Source: a bacterium (lineage in GTDB: Bacteria > SZUA-182 > DTGQ01 > JAFGSM01). From it: 64,000 bases of DNA. Made by a program: the position numbers and the translations under genes. Below the pieces are notes generated by a model that was not told the origin of the DNA, searched no databases, and saw nothing but the letters and a program-made list of their open reading frames with translations. The stretch spans positions 20,375 through 84,374 of the forward strand of contig JBLIRN010000009.1 in NCBI GenBank assembly GCA_049472315.1. The letters run 5' to 3'. Below, piece by piece: positions 42,629-51,477 of the stretch. Position 1 is the stretch's first letter. The number at the start of each line of letters is the position of its first letter.

Positions 42629-44005
42629 TCAGGGGCGTATGTCGTATTCCTTGATCTTGCTGAGCAGGGAGCGATAGCTTACCTGGAGCAGGTTTGCCGC
42701 CTGAATCCGGTTCCAGTTGGTCATGTTCAGCGCCCTCTTTATGTAGGCCTTTTCCGCCTTTTGTACCGCCTGCTTGCTGATTTCCTTGAGAGGGACGAAT
42801 TTATCGTTCGCCTTATAGACAACCTTCCCCGCAACCACATCATGGGGGATGATACTGCAGACAATCTCTTCGTTGCCCAAGACGATGATCTTTTTTATCA
42901 GATTTTCCAACTCCCTGACATTACCGGGCCACTCATATTTCATGAACAGGGCCATGGTATTGGGAGAGAGTGGCTTGTATTCCTTGCCGTACAGGTTGGT
43001 ATATTTCTCCATGAAGTATTCCACGATGAGGGGAATGTCTTCCTTGTGCTCCCTGAGCGGGGGAAGGAATATGGCCACCTCATTCAGCCGGTAGAAGAGA
43101 TCCTCACGGAAGCTCCCGTTTTTGATTCCCTCTTCAAGATCCCGGTTGGTCGCGGCAATGATCCTCACATCAACCCTTACGGGATTCTTCCCTCCCAGAC
43201 GGGTGAATTCCTTTTCTTCGAGCACCTGAAGCAATTTGGCCTGAAGGGAGGTGGGCATCTCGGCGATCTCATCCAGAAAGATGGTTCCTTCATGGGCGAA
43301 TTCGAAACGCCCCGGTTTGGGCCTCTGCGCGCCGGTGAAGGCACCCCGTTCATATCCAAAGAGCTCCGATTCGAGCAGGTTTTCCGGGAGGGTTGCACAA
43401 TTTACCTTGACAAAGGGCTTTTCCCGGCGATTGGACATACTGTGAATCGCCCTGGTTACCAGCTCTTTTCCGGTGCCGCTTTCTCCCCTGACCAGAACCG
43501 TCAATTCGGTGTCGGCAACCTGCTCGATCATCTTTTTGACGTTTACAATCAGATTGCTGTCGCCGATGAAATCCTCATATTCGGATTTTGATTTGAGTTT
43601 TTTCTTCAGACTCTCAAACTGGGTTTCGAGTTCACGACGTTCCAGCACCTTGTTGATGGTGATGAGCAATTCATCCTTGTCGAAGGGCTTGGTGACAAAG
43701 TCCGTTGCGCCAAACTGCATGGCCTGGACCACCATCTTGGTCTCACCATGTGCGGAGAGCATGATGACCGCGGTATTCTTGGCCTGCTCCTTTATTTTCT
43801 CAAGCACCTCCAGGCCATTCATGTCGGACATCTTGATATCCAGGAGAACCAGTTCGGGTTTTTCCGCCTTTACGATCTTTAAACCGGCCTTTCCACAGTC
43901 ACCGGAGAAGATTTGATACCCCTCCTCCTGGAGCGCCTCGGTCAGAATCCATATGATCTCAGGATCATCATCGACGATAAGTATCTTGATTCGTTTTCCC
44001 TTCAT
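42629..44005 (-). CDS. Sigma54-dependent response regulator (NtrC family)
   Basis: REC (VDDD, LLD, K), GESGTGKE, ESELFG, GAFTGA, FLDEI, WPGNVRELEN, C-terminal HTH. Confidence 0.96.
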   Translation of the reverse strand: MKGKRIKILIVDDDPEIIWILTEALQEEGYQIFSGDCGKAGLKIVKAEKPELVLLDIKMSDMNGLEVLEKIKEQAKNTAVIMLSAHGETKMVVQAMQFGATDFVTKPFDKDELLITINKVLERRELETQFESLKKKLKSKSEYEDFIGDSNLIVNVKKMIEQVADTELTVLVRGESGTGKELVTRAIHSMSNRREKPFVKVNCATLPENLLESELFGYERGAFTGAQRPKPGRFEFAHEGTIFLDEIAEMPTSLQAKLLQVLEEKEFTRLGGKNPVRVDVRIIAATNRDLEEGIKNGSFREDLFYRLNEVAIFLPPLREHKEDIPLIVEYFMEKYTNLYGKEYKPLSPNTMALFMKYEWPGNVRELENLIKKIIVLGNEEIVCSIIPHDVVAGKVVYKANDKFVPLKEISKQAVQKAEKAYIKRALNMTNWNRIQAANLLQVSYRSLLSKIKEYDIRP

Positions 44006-44049
44006 AGTAGGACTGTCTCCTGTAAGCCGTTCTTATATAAGGTTTTTAT

Positions 44050-44078
44050 ACTCTACCAAACCCCTTATACCCTGTCAA
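44050..44078 (-). promoter_or_regulatory. Sigma70 promoter of the NtrC-family regulator
   Basis: TTGACA-17 bp-TAGAGT. Confidence 0.6.
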
Positions 44079-44087
44079 GCCATTCCC

Positions 44088-45716
44088 TTAGCATTCCTTG
44101 TCTATGGGAAGGTGGATGAAAAACGTTGATCCCCTTCCTTGATCGCTTTCCAGCTCTATAAATCCGTCATGGGTTTTGATCACCCGGTTGACCACGGCCA
44201 ATCCCAGTCCGGTTCCGGACTCCTTGGTGGAAAAGAAATGCTCGAATATCTTGTTTTTGATGGACGGTTCGATTCCGCTTCCCGTGTCTGAGAATGCAAT
44301 CTGGACATACTCCCGCTGATCCCCTCGATCCTCCCTCTTTATGACGCCGGTGGAGATCTTCAAGGATCCCCCTTTTCCCATGGAGTCTATGGCGTTGACA
44401 ATGATATTGAGAAATGCCTCCTTTATGCGTTCCTCGTTTATCTGAACCGGGGGGATCGCGCCGATTTCCTGGACAAGATTGATCTTGTGGCGCAGGAGGT
44501 CATTCCTGGTCAATTTGAGCACCTTTTGAATGGTTTGATTTATATCCACCGTCTTGACCGGGAACCGGTTCGGATTCGAAAAGGCGAGGAGCTCCTTTAC
44601 CAGTTCATTGAGCCTGAAGACACTGCCGTTGACCACCTCCAGCGATTTGCTGCGGAATGAATCGTCATACCATTTATTCTCCAGATTTTGGAGCGCCCCC
44701 TTGATGGTGGTAATGGGGTGCCGCAAATCATGGGCAATCTCGGAAATCATTTCTCCCATGGCGATCAACTGGGTTGATTTGGTCAAGCGAAGCGATTTTT
44801 CATACAGTGAAAGGGCCTGTGAGGCGATAATGGCAAGAAGCTGACGCTGCTCGCTTGAGAAGATGTTTTTCTGGTGGCTGGCGACCACGAACAATCCGTA
44901 AAGATCATCCTTGATGATGATGGGGACTGCAAGGAAGGAGTCCAAGAGGAGTTTGTACAATCCCTGCGCCTGAAGGAATTTTTCAAAACAGCGGGTGTAA
45001 TGGTTGATCAGGTCTTCCTTGTTCAGTTGATCATTCGGGACAAGCTCGATCTTTACCGTGGAAAAGCCGAGGACCTTGATAAGATCATCCTCAATGCCCT
45101 TGGCGAATCGGAGACGAAATTCCTTTGTATCCTGATTGAATGAGAGGCACAGGAAATAATCCAGGTGGATGAGCTGTTGTACCGACTCGAAGAGGCCCCT
45201 CATGGCCTCATCCAGTGTCGGCTGGGATGCGATGGTTTTCGAGATCTCATAGAGTGCCGAGAGTTCCTTTACCCTCCACTCCAATTCCCGGTTTTTTTCC
45301 TGAATCTCTGCAAAGAGCTGCTTATTTTTTATCCCCAGCCTGCGACGGTCAAGGCTTTTCTTTACAACTATCTTGAGTTCCTCGAGGGACCAGTTTTTCT
45401 CCCAGAAATCATAGGCCCCGCGTCTGCTTGCCTCGATGGCTAATTCCTTTGAGGCCTGCCCGGACATGATGATCACAAGGGTTTCGGGATAGCGCTTTTT
45501 TATGTGCACCAGGAATTGGAGGGTATCGGAAATATCAGGGAGTTCATGGCTCAGGAGTATGAGACTGTAACTGGTAAACTGTATCTTTTCCTTTGCCTCG
45601 GCGCCCGTTTGGACGATGGAGACAGTGTATCCCTCCTGTACCAGGCAGTCCTTGATACTGGTCCCCAGGGTTTCAGATGGTTCAACGATCAGGATACTGT
45701 CATTGTTCTTTCCCAT
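44088..45716 (-). CDS. Hybrid sensor kinase (atypical REC-GAF-HisKA-HATPase)
   Basis: EIAHDLRHP, NIIVNA, DTGSG, FFSTK, GTGLGL; REC lacks the phospho-acceptor Asp. Confidence 0.9.
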   Translation of the reverse strand: MGKNNDSILIVEPSETLGTSIKDCLVQEGYTVSIVQTGAEAKEKIQFTSYSLILLSHELPDISDTLQFLVHIKKRYPETLVIIMSGQASKELAIEASRRGAYDFWEKNWSLEELKIVVKKSLDRRRLGIKNKQLFAEIQEKNRELEWRVKELSALYEISKTIASQPTLDEAMRGLFESVQQLIHLDYFLCLSFNQDTKEFRLRFAKGIEDDLIKVLGFSTVKIELVPNDQLNKEDLINHYTRCFEKFLQAQGLYKLLLDSFLAVPIIIKDDLYGLFVVASHQKNIFSSEQRQLLAIIASQALSLYEKSLRLTKSTQLIAMGEMISEIAHDLRHPITTIKGALQNLENKWYDDSFRSKSLEVVNGSVFRLNELVKELLAFSNPNRFPVKTVDINQTIQKVLKLTRNDLLRHKINLVQEIGAIPPVQINEERIKEAFLNIIVNAIDSMGKGGSLKISTGVIKREDRGDQREYVQIAFSDTGSGIEPSIKNKIFEHFFSTKESGTGLGLAVVNRVIKTHDGFIELESDQGRGSTFFIHLPIDKEC

Positions 45717-45862
45717 TCCCCAACCCCTATATAAAATAAATGCAGGAAGGATCACCTGTATAACTGAAACTAATTTATATAACGGCCAGATAGGAAAAAA
45801 ACTTCATATATTACCAATTCTGCATATTTCCCACTGATTTCATCCCGGGATATGCAGAACGA

Positions 45863-45985
45863 CAGCGTGGCGGAGCAACCAAACTTTGTGAGGCGATGCG
45901 AAGCGACGCACCATGATGCCTTTGGAGTTACCAAAAAGATCAGCTATCATGTCTTTAACTGAGCCACGCGAAGTAAAGCGGAACT
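45863..45985 (-). repeat. Inverted copy of the ~115-bp dispersed repeat
   Basis: Reverse complement cttttt-ggtaactcca..ggcatcatggtgcgtcgcttcgcatcgcctcacaaagtttggtt aligns with 47932-47994. Confidence 0.75.
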
Positions 45986-46141
45986 GCTCATTTTCCCTCG
46001 CAATGGCTACCTGCCGGCGCCAAGCCAGCACGTATCCCAAGGAAACGGTTTTAGGCGGGGATTGAGACGGTGCCCCCGGAATGCCGGATTGGTGGATTGA
46101 TATGGGTGCATGGCTTCGAGGATTGCCGAGCGGCTCCCGAT

Positions 46142-47659
46142 CTAACGACCCTTTGCGTGACGATCGTTATTGGGTGTTGTTTCTGTGGCGAGGTTGCTCA
46201 GGACATGCACGATTCTGTCTTGTGAGTCGATGAATTTCCCTGTTTGCGAGTTTTCACCGTTCATCAGGAGGGAAAAGATGATCCGTTCACCTTCGTGTGT
46301 CCACAGATAACCGGAAAGGGCTGAGACCCCGCGGATGCTGCCGGTCTTGGCGCGTAGCGCCCCCCTTACTCTACCGTTCAGGGGGCGGTCCTTCAGGGTT
46401 CCGTCGAGCCCTGAAATGGCCAGGGACGAAATGAATTCAGGGGCGCATTGTTCGGATTCCGCGACATACAAGAGAATATCGCAGATCAATCGGGCGGGTA
46501 TCCGGTTTTGTGGAGAAAGGCCTGAGCCGTCGTGGATCTCCATGCCGGTTAGGTCGATACCACGTGTTTTGAGGGTCTCCTTCACCACGAGCAATCCCTT
46601 TTCATAGGTCCCGGGAGGCCCTTCTATCTCCGCCCCAAGGGTCAAGAGGATTTGCTCGGCGATGAAGTTGTTGCTTATCTTGTTGAGGTCCGCGATTATG
46701 CGGCTGAGCGGTTTTGATTCGTGGGTGTATAAGGGGATGGCATTATGGGGAGTTTTGCCGTACTTCAATGTCCCCCCACACTCGATCTTCTGTTGTTGCA
46801 GGAAGCTTCGGAAGGCCATCAGCGTATAGAGGCTGGGATCCTTGATTGCTCGATAGATTCTAACAGGTGGTACATCAAGGGCGATATGACCGCGCACCGA
46901 TATCACATTCTTTCCCTCGGAATATTCCCTGCCGACGCGCAGATGTCTTTTTCGTCCGGCCTTAACCGTCAACGCCTCATTGACTAGACTCATACAGGGC
47001 ACGTCAGGATCCAGGACCGCATATGCCTTTTGACCCGGGGCAGGTCCGGGCTGAATGAAGACCGTTATTGTATTGAAGTTGAACGAGAGGGGACCGATTT
47101 CCGCATTGTACCAGTAAGGGGGTCGGTCAGGATTCCATCCCCCCGGACATATGGGGTAATCGAAAAAGGATTCGTCTGCGATGATATCCCCGGTAACCCT
47201 CTTTATCCCCATCATTGCCAGTTCATGAGTCAATGCCCACATCTGCTCATTCACCAGAAAGGGATCACCGAGGCCCTTCAGGTAGAGGTCGCCATTGATC
47301 ACCCCGTCGATACATCGGGAGGTTGCATAGACCTCTGTCTTGAACCGATAATCGGTGCCAAGACGGATGAGCGCGACCGCGGTGGTTAGGAGCTTTGTAT
47401 TTGATGCCGGGATGAGGGGAACATCGGGGTTATGGCTCCACAGCACCTCTCCGCTTTTGGCAAGGACGACCTGGCAGCCGATTTTTGCTCCCTCGCGTGA
47501 GAGCCTTTCAATGCATCCCTTGATGATGGTAAATTCCCGCGCCATCCTCCCATTTGGATCATCGTCGGATGCATGAACCGCACAGGGAGAAAAGAGGAAA
47601 CGGGTAATCAGGAAAGCGGAGATCACGAACACGCACACAAGGCGCAGGGTTTTTTTCAT
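46142..47659 (-). CDS. dacB: D-alanyl-D-alanine carboxypeptidase/endopeptidase (PBP4, S13)
   Basis: Signal MKKTLRLV..., PASNTKL (SxxK), GDP, SNN, DGSGLS, KTG; start re-assigned to 47659. Confidence 0.93.
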   Translation of the reverse strand: MKKTLRLVCVFVISAFLITRFLFSPCAVHASDDDPNGRMAREFTIIKGCIERLSREGAKIGCQVVLAKSGEVLWSHNPDVPLIPASNTKLLTTAVALIRLGTDYRFKTEVYATSRCIDGVINGDLYLKGLGDPFLVNEQMWALTHELAMMGIKRVTGDIIADESFFDYPICPGGWNPDRPPYWYNAEIGPLSFNFNTITVFIQPGPAPGQKAYAVLDPDVPCMSLVNEALTVKAGRKRHLRVGREYSEGKNVISVRGHIALDVPPVRIYRAIKDPSLYTLMAFRSFLQQQKIECGGTLKYGKTPHNAIPLYTHESKPLSRIIADLNKISNNFIAEQILLTLGAEIEGPPGTYEKGLLVVKETLKTRGIDLTGMEIHDGSGLSPQNRIPARLICDILLYVAESEQCAPEFISSLAISGLDGTLKDRPLNGRVRGALRAKTGSIRGVSALSGYLWTHEGERIIFSLLMNGENSQTGKFIDSQDRIVHVLSNLATETTPNNDRHAKGR

Positions 47660-47879
47660 TGATCGTTCAAAGGGGAATTCTGCCAACCGCGTCAATAGAG
47701 CCATAACGTGTACCTTTTTTTCCGATACCCGGAGGAAGCGCTGAGTACCGATGTGAGTTCCTGGGATCTCGATGTCTGAACTCCTATAGTTGTAACAGGT
47801 AACCCATGCCCAATGCAAGAAGGCATATAAGGTTTTATCGGCATAATCGCGAAGCCTTTTGGGCAATTGCGGCAGGCAG

Positions 47880-48105
47880 CATAGTACTTCGCTTCGCTTC
47901 GCCATGCTGAGGGTGTAAGAGAAAACCCGGGCCTTTTGGATAACTCCAGGAGGCTTCATAGTGCTTCGCTGCGCTTCGCCTGACAAAGTTTGGTTAGTGC
48001 TTCGCTTCGCTGCGCCATGCTGAGGGTGGTGAAATCCGGGGTCTTTGGGGTAAATCTCAAGGGGTGCATAGTGTTTCGCTGCGCTGCGCCTGACAAAGTT
48101 TTGTG
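47880..48105 (+). repeat. Two tandem ~115-bp units of a dispersed intergenic repeat
   Basis: Each unit: TAGT(A/G)CTTCGCTTCGCT(T/G)CGCCATGCTGAGGGTG...CATAGTG(C/T)TTCGCTGCGCT(T/G)CGCCTGACAAAGTTT. Confidence 0.85.
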
Positions 48106-48121
48106 TCAGATGCCTTAGTTG

Positions 48122-48150
48122 TTGACATATAAGGGCTGTTTTTATAGACT
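48122..48150 (+). promoter_or_regulatory. Sigma70 promoter of the downstream kinase
   Basis: TTGACA-17 bp-TAGACT. Confidence 0.6.
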
Positions 48151-48213
48151 CGTTGCTGTCCGTTCCTTATAGGACACAATCCGTCGCTGCGGGCCGATGC
48201 CACGGGGGGAAAA

Positions 48214-49449
48214 ATGGGCAACGAAAAGATCCTGCTGATCGATGGTAACATGGACGTGCTTAAGGCATATCAGGCATTGCTGGATGCGGAAGGATACCGG
48301 GCGGATATGGCTGAGAGCGGTGAGGCAGGGCTTTGCATGATGAGGGAACAGGGGCACGATATACTCATAACCGAGATATACTTTCCTCCCTGCCAGTTGA
48401 ATGGTTTCGCCATTATCGAAGAGGCGAGAAAGATCAAGGGTGATTGTGAGGTCATTGTGGTAACGGGGTATTCCGAGGTCCACCTGGCCCGGGAGGCCAT
48501 GCAGCGCGATGCCGTGGATTTCATTCCCAAACCCTGCAGCATGGGCGATCTGGTATCGGCGGTGAAGCGGGCCTCAGAAAAAAGGGGTATGAGGCGCCTG
48601 GTAAGGGAATACGGTGAAAATCTGAAGACATTGGTTGATAAAAAGGAACAGGAGATCGCCCGCATAGAGGAAAGGCTGATCCACACCGATAAATTATCCG
48701 CCATCGGTGAAATGGCGGCAAGCATCTGTCACGAACTGCGTCAGCCTTTATGCGGAATAAGGGGATTTACCTATCTGGCGGCCGAGTATACCTCGAAAAA
48801 CAGCAAGGCACGGGAGTATATCAAGAAGATCGAGGAACAGACCATCCGGATGGAGCAGATTATAGACTCCATTCGTATCTTTTCCCGAAAAACGGACGCC
48901 CGCTTTCTTCCTGTGTCCATCAACGACGTGATTCTCTCCGCGCTGAGCCTTTTCACCCATCAATTTAAGGCACGGGGGATTCGATTGGTCCAGGAACTGG
49001 GAGGTGACCTCCCCAACCTCATTGGAAATCACGGAAACCTCCGGCAGGTGGTGGTAAACCTACTCGCCAATGCCCGGGATGCCTTTGATGACATACCCCG
49101 CCATAGCGAAAGACAGGTAGTCATCAAGACAGGCTTCGATCCGGCCTTGCAGAGGCTGGTGGTTTCGGTGGCGGATAACGGGATCGGCATGGATGAGGAT
49201 CTGCGCGAGCGGATCTTTCATGCCTTTTTTACCACCAAGGAAGAGGAACGGGGTACAGGCCTGGGGCTTTCCATCGTGAAGAGGCTTGTTTCCAGCCATC
49301 AGGGCGAGATCATGGTGGAGAGCAGGAAAGGCAGCGGCAGCACCTTTACCGTGCACCTCCCCATTCAGGGCCCCGATGCGAACGGAAAAGGCCTTAATCC
49401 TCCCTGGGAAAACCAGGCCGGTCACCTGGAGGTTGCCTTGTCGGAATAG
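48214..49449 (+). CDS. Hybrid kinase (REC-HisKA-HATPase, NtrB-like)
   Basis: ICHELRQP, NLLANA, DNGIG, FFTTK, GTGLGL; REC has Glu at the phospho-Asp position. Confidence 0.9.
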   Translation: MGNEKILLIDGNMDVLKAYQALLDAEGYRADMAESGEAGLCMMREQGHDILITEIYFPPCQLNGFAIIEEARKIKGDCEVIVVTGYSEVHLAREAMQRDAVDFIPKPCSMGDLVSAVKRASEKRGMRRLVREYGENLKTLVDKKEQEIARIEERLIHTDKLSAIGEMAASICHELRQPLCGIRGFTYLAAEYTSKNSKAREYIKKIEEQTIRMEQIIDSIRIFSRKTDARFLPVSINDVILSALSLFTHQFKARGIRLVQELGGDLPNLIGNHGNLRQVVVNLLANARDAFDDIPRHSERQVVIKTGFDPALQRLVVSVADNGIGMDEDLRERIFHAFFTTKEEERGTGLGLSIVKRLVSSHQGEIMVESRKGSGSTFTVHLPIQGPDANGKGLNPPWENQAGHLEVALSE

Positions 49450-49457
49450 GCATCCCC

Positions 49458-50531
49458 TTAATACCCGGCTTCCCTTCCCGGATATTGTGAACCGGCCGTG
49501 ATGATGCCTCCGCCCAGGCACACCTCTTCATGGTAAAACACCGCGGATTGTCCTGGGGTTATGGCGCGCACCGGCCTTTCAAACAGCACCCGTACCCGCC
49601 CCTCGCCTATGTCCTTCAGGGTGGCCTCCTGGGGGGGCTGGGTGGATCGTATTTGGACCAAGACCCTTTGAGGCCATGGACCTGCAATTCGATGTATCCC
49701 TTCCACCACCATTTCCGCCTGCCATAGATCCTCTTCAGCGCCGACCACGATCAGGTTCCGTTTCGGGTCCAGGGACAGGACATAGTGAGGACCCTGCTCA
49801 CTCAATTGGAGTCCCTTTCTTTGCCCTATGGTGTACCTGAAAATCCCGGAATGCGAGCCCATTACCTTCCCCAGAGGATCACAGACCGGTCCCGAGCCAA
49901 GGGCATGGGGGGCGATTTTTTCAAGGAAACATCGATAATCGCGAGAGGAGAGGAAGCATATCTCCTGACTCTCTTCCCTTGTGTGCCTCCAGATGCCGAG
50001 TTGTTCCGCTTCCCGCTCCACGTCTCGCTTTTTTCGTGTACCAAGCGGAAAGAGCATGCCCTCCAGTTGTCCTTGACTCAGCCGGTAGAGGAAGTATGAT
50101 TGATCCTTTCGTCGATCCGAACCCCTCTGCAGAAGGGCGCGCCCCGTTCCGGGATCCTTGCATATGCGGGCATAGTGACCGGTGACCACCCGATCGATGT
50201 GACGGTCCCGTGCCCAGTCAAGAAGGATCCCGCATTTAATTATTGCATTGCAGTTTACACATGGATTGGGTGTTCTGCCGCTCAGGTATTCATTGACAAA
50301 TGGCTCAATGATCCGGGTGTGAAATTCACGACGCAGGTCCAGGATGTGCAAGGGGATGTCCAGGACATCCGCCGCCTCACGGGCATACGACATGGTATTC
50401 TCTTCGATGAGACGAAGATGCACCCCGATGACCTCAAATCCTTCCTGCTTCAAGAGCCATCCGGCATAGGCGCTGTCGATCCCCCCGCTGAGGGCGAGCG
50501 CGACTGTATGGTGTGCGGAAAGAGCAGACAT
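49458..50531 (-). CDS. mnmA: tRNA 2-thiouridine(34) synthase MnmA
   Basis: ALSGGIDS, TPNPCVNCN, TGHYA, KDQSYFL, ESQEICF, YTIGQRKG, PGQSAVFY. Confidence 0.96.
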   Translation of the reverse strand: MSALSAHHTVALALSGGIDSAYAGWLLKQEGFEVIGVHLRLIEENTMSYAREAADVLDIPLHILDLRREFHTRIIEPFVNEYLSGRTPNPCVNCNAIIKCGILLDWARDRHIDRVVTGHYARICKDPGTGRALLQRGSDRRKDQSYFLYRLSQGQLEGMLFPLGTRKKRDVEREAEQLGIWRHTREESQEICFLSSRDYRCFLEKIAPHALGSGPVCDPLGKVMGSHSGIFRYTIGQRKGLQLSEQGPHYVLSLDPKRNLIVVGAEEDLWQAEMVVEGIHRIAGPWPQRVLVQIRSTQPPQEATLKDIGEGRVRVLFERPVRAITPGQSAVFYHEEVCLGGGIITAGSQYPGREAGY

Positions 50532-50604
50532 GATTATATGGCAAAACACATAATTAATTATATAAAAAGCGGAACATATTAATTATTTACGCCTCAGGAA
50601 TTTC

Positions 50605-50633
50605 TTGACACCGTTTTATCGGTGTGTTATAAG
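50605..50633 (+). promoter_or_regulatory. Sigma70 promoter of the cytb-rnfC-rnfD operon, with overlapping palindrome
   Basis: TTGACA-17 bp-TATAAG with extended -10 TG; ACACCG-N6-CGGTGT at 50608-50625. Confidence 0.75.
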
Positions 50634-50720
50634 AGTACCGGACAAGGCTCATTTTTGTTGCAGGCATTGCGGCTGGAGGGATTCCCCTAACATATGTCGA
50701 TTGCGTAAAAGGAGTTGCCC

Positions 50721-51464
50721 ATGATCGCCCAGATCAACCAAGCACTTGATAAATGGGCATTGGCCGTTTACCTCTTTACCCTTGCGGGATTGGTTCTCCA
50801 CTTCATCGGGAATGTCCTTACCGGCCGCTTCAGAGAACGATTCATTCTTGGGCATCATAAGCAGATAACAGAGGAGGAGGCCCCTTCCCCCCCTGCCCGC
50901 CTGATGCATTGGATACACCTTATCTCCATCATCTTTCTCATTCTGACCGGGTTCCTTATCCGCTACAAGATACTCGAAACCTTCATGGAACAGTGGAAAC
51001 GCCATCATTACTGTTTCATGATCCTTATTCTCGGCAATCTCATTGCACGCATTATATATGCCTTCGCCGGAGAAACCAAGACATACAAGGATTTTGCCAT
51101 CGGAATGAAGGATATCCTGAACACACCCCAGGTTATTCTCTACTACCTCTTCCTCAGGGATCGCTACGATCATGTGGCGAAGTTCGCATCCCTGCAGAAA
51201 CTTACCTACAACATGTTTTGGATCCTTTTAATTGTTCAGGGATTTACAGGATTAGCCATCCTGGTGCCCGAGGCGCTCCTGGGGTGGACGGGGCTCACGC
51301 TCGACACGGGGGTCTTACTCATGAGGGTGATCCACGTGGGTATCACGTGGTTCTACATCCTTGCCACCACCGTTCATGTATACCTCTCCTTCATGGAAGG
51401 GTATCCCCTCCTCAAGTTTATCCTCTTCAACGTGGAGAAAGAGTCGGTGGGTGAATCATCATGA
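50721..51464 (+). CDS. Membrane cytochrome b (HyaC/FdnI-like) with extra N-terminal TM helix
   Basis: RLMHWIH...LILTG, HHY, P.KF..LQKLTY-like loop (KFASLQKLTY), RVIHVG, VHVYL; AAGGAG RBS. Confidence 0.85.
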   Translation: MIAQINQALDKWALAVYLFTLAGLVLHFIGNVLTGRFRERFILGHHKQITEEEAPSPPARLMHWIHLISIIFLILTGFLIRYKILETFMEQWKRHHYCFMILILGNLIARIIYAFAGETKTYKDFAIGMKDILNTPQVILYYLFLRDRYDHVAKFASLQKLTYNMFWILLIVQGFTGLAILVPEALLGWTGLTLDTGVLLMRVIHVGITWFYILATTVHVYLSFMEGYPLLKFILFNVEKESVGESS

Positions 51465-51477
51465 CAGGGCAGAGTAC

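Noticed and set aside
45986..46060. Possible IS91-type transposase debris beside the repeats (also 47800-47880)
   Set aside because: Only vague resemblance and needs frameshifts; not supportable without BLASTX
47660..47986. N-terminal extension of DacB in the ORF track
   Set aside because: Runs through the non-coding repeat element; a signal peptide starts at 47659
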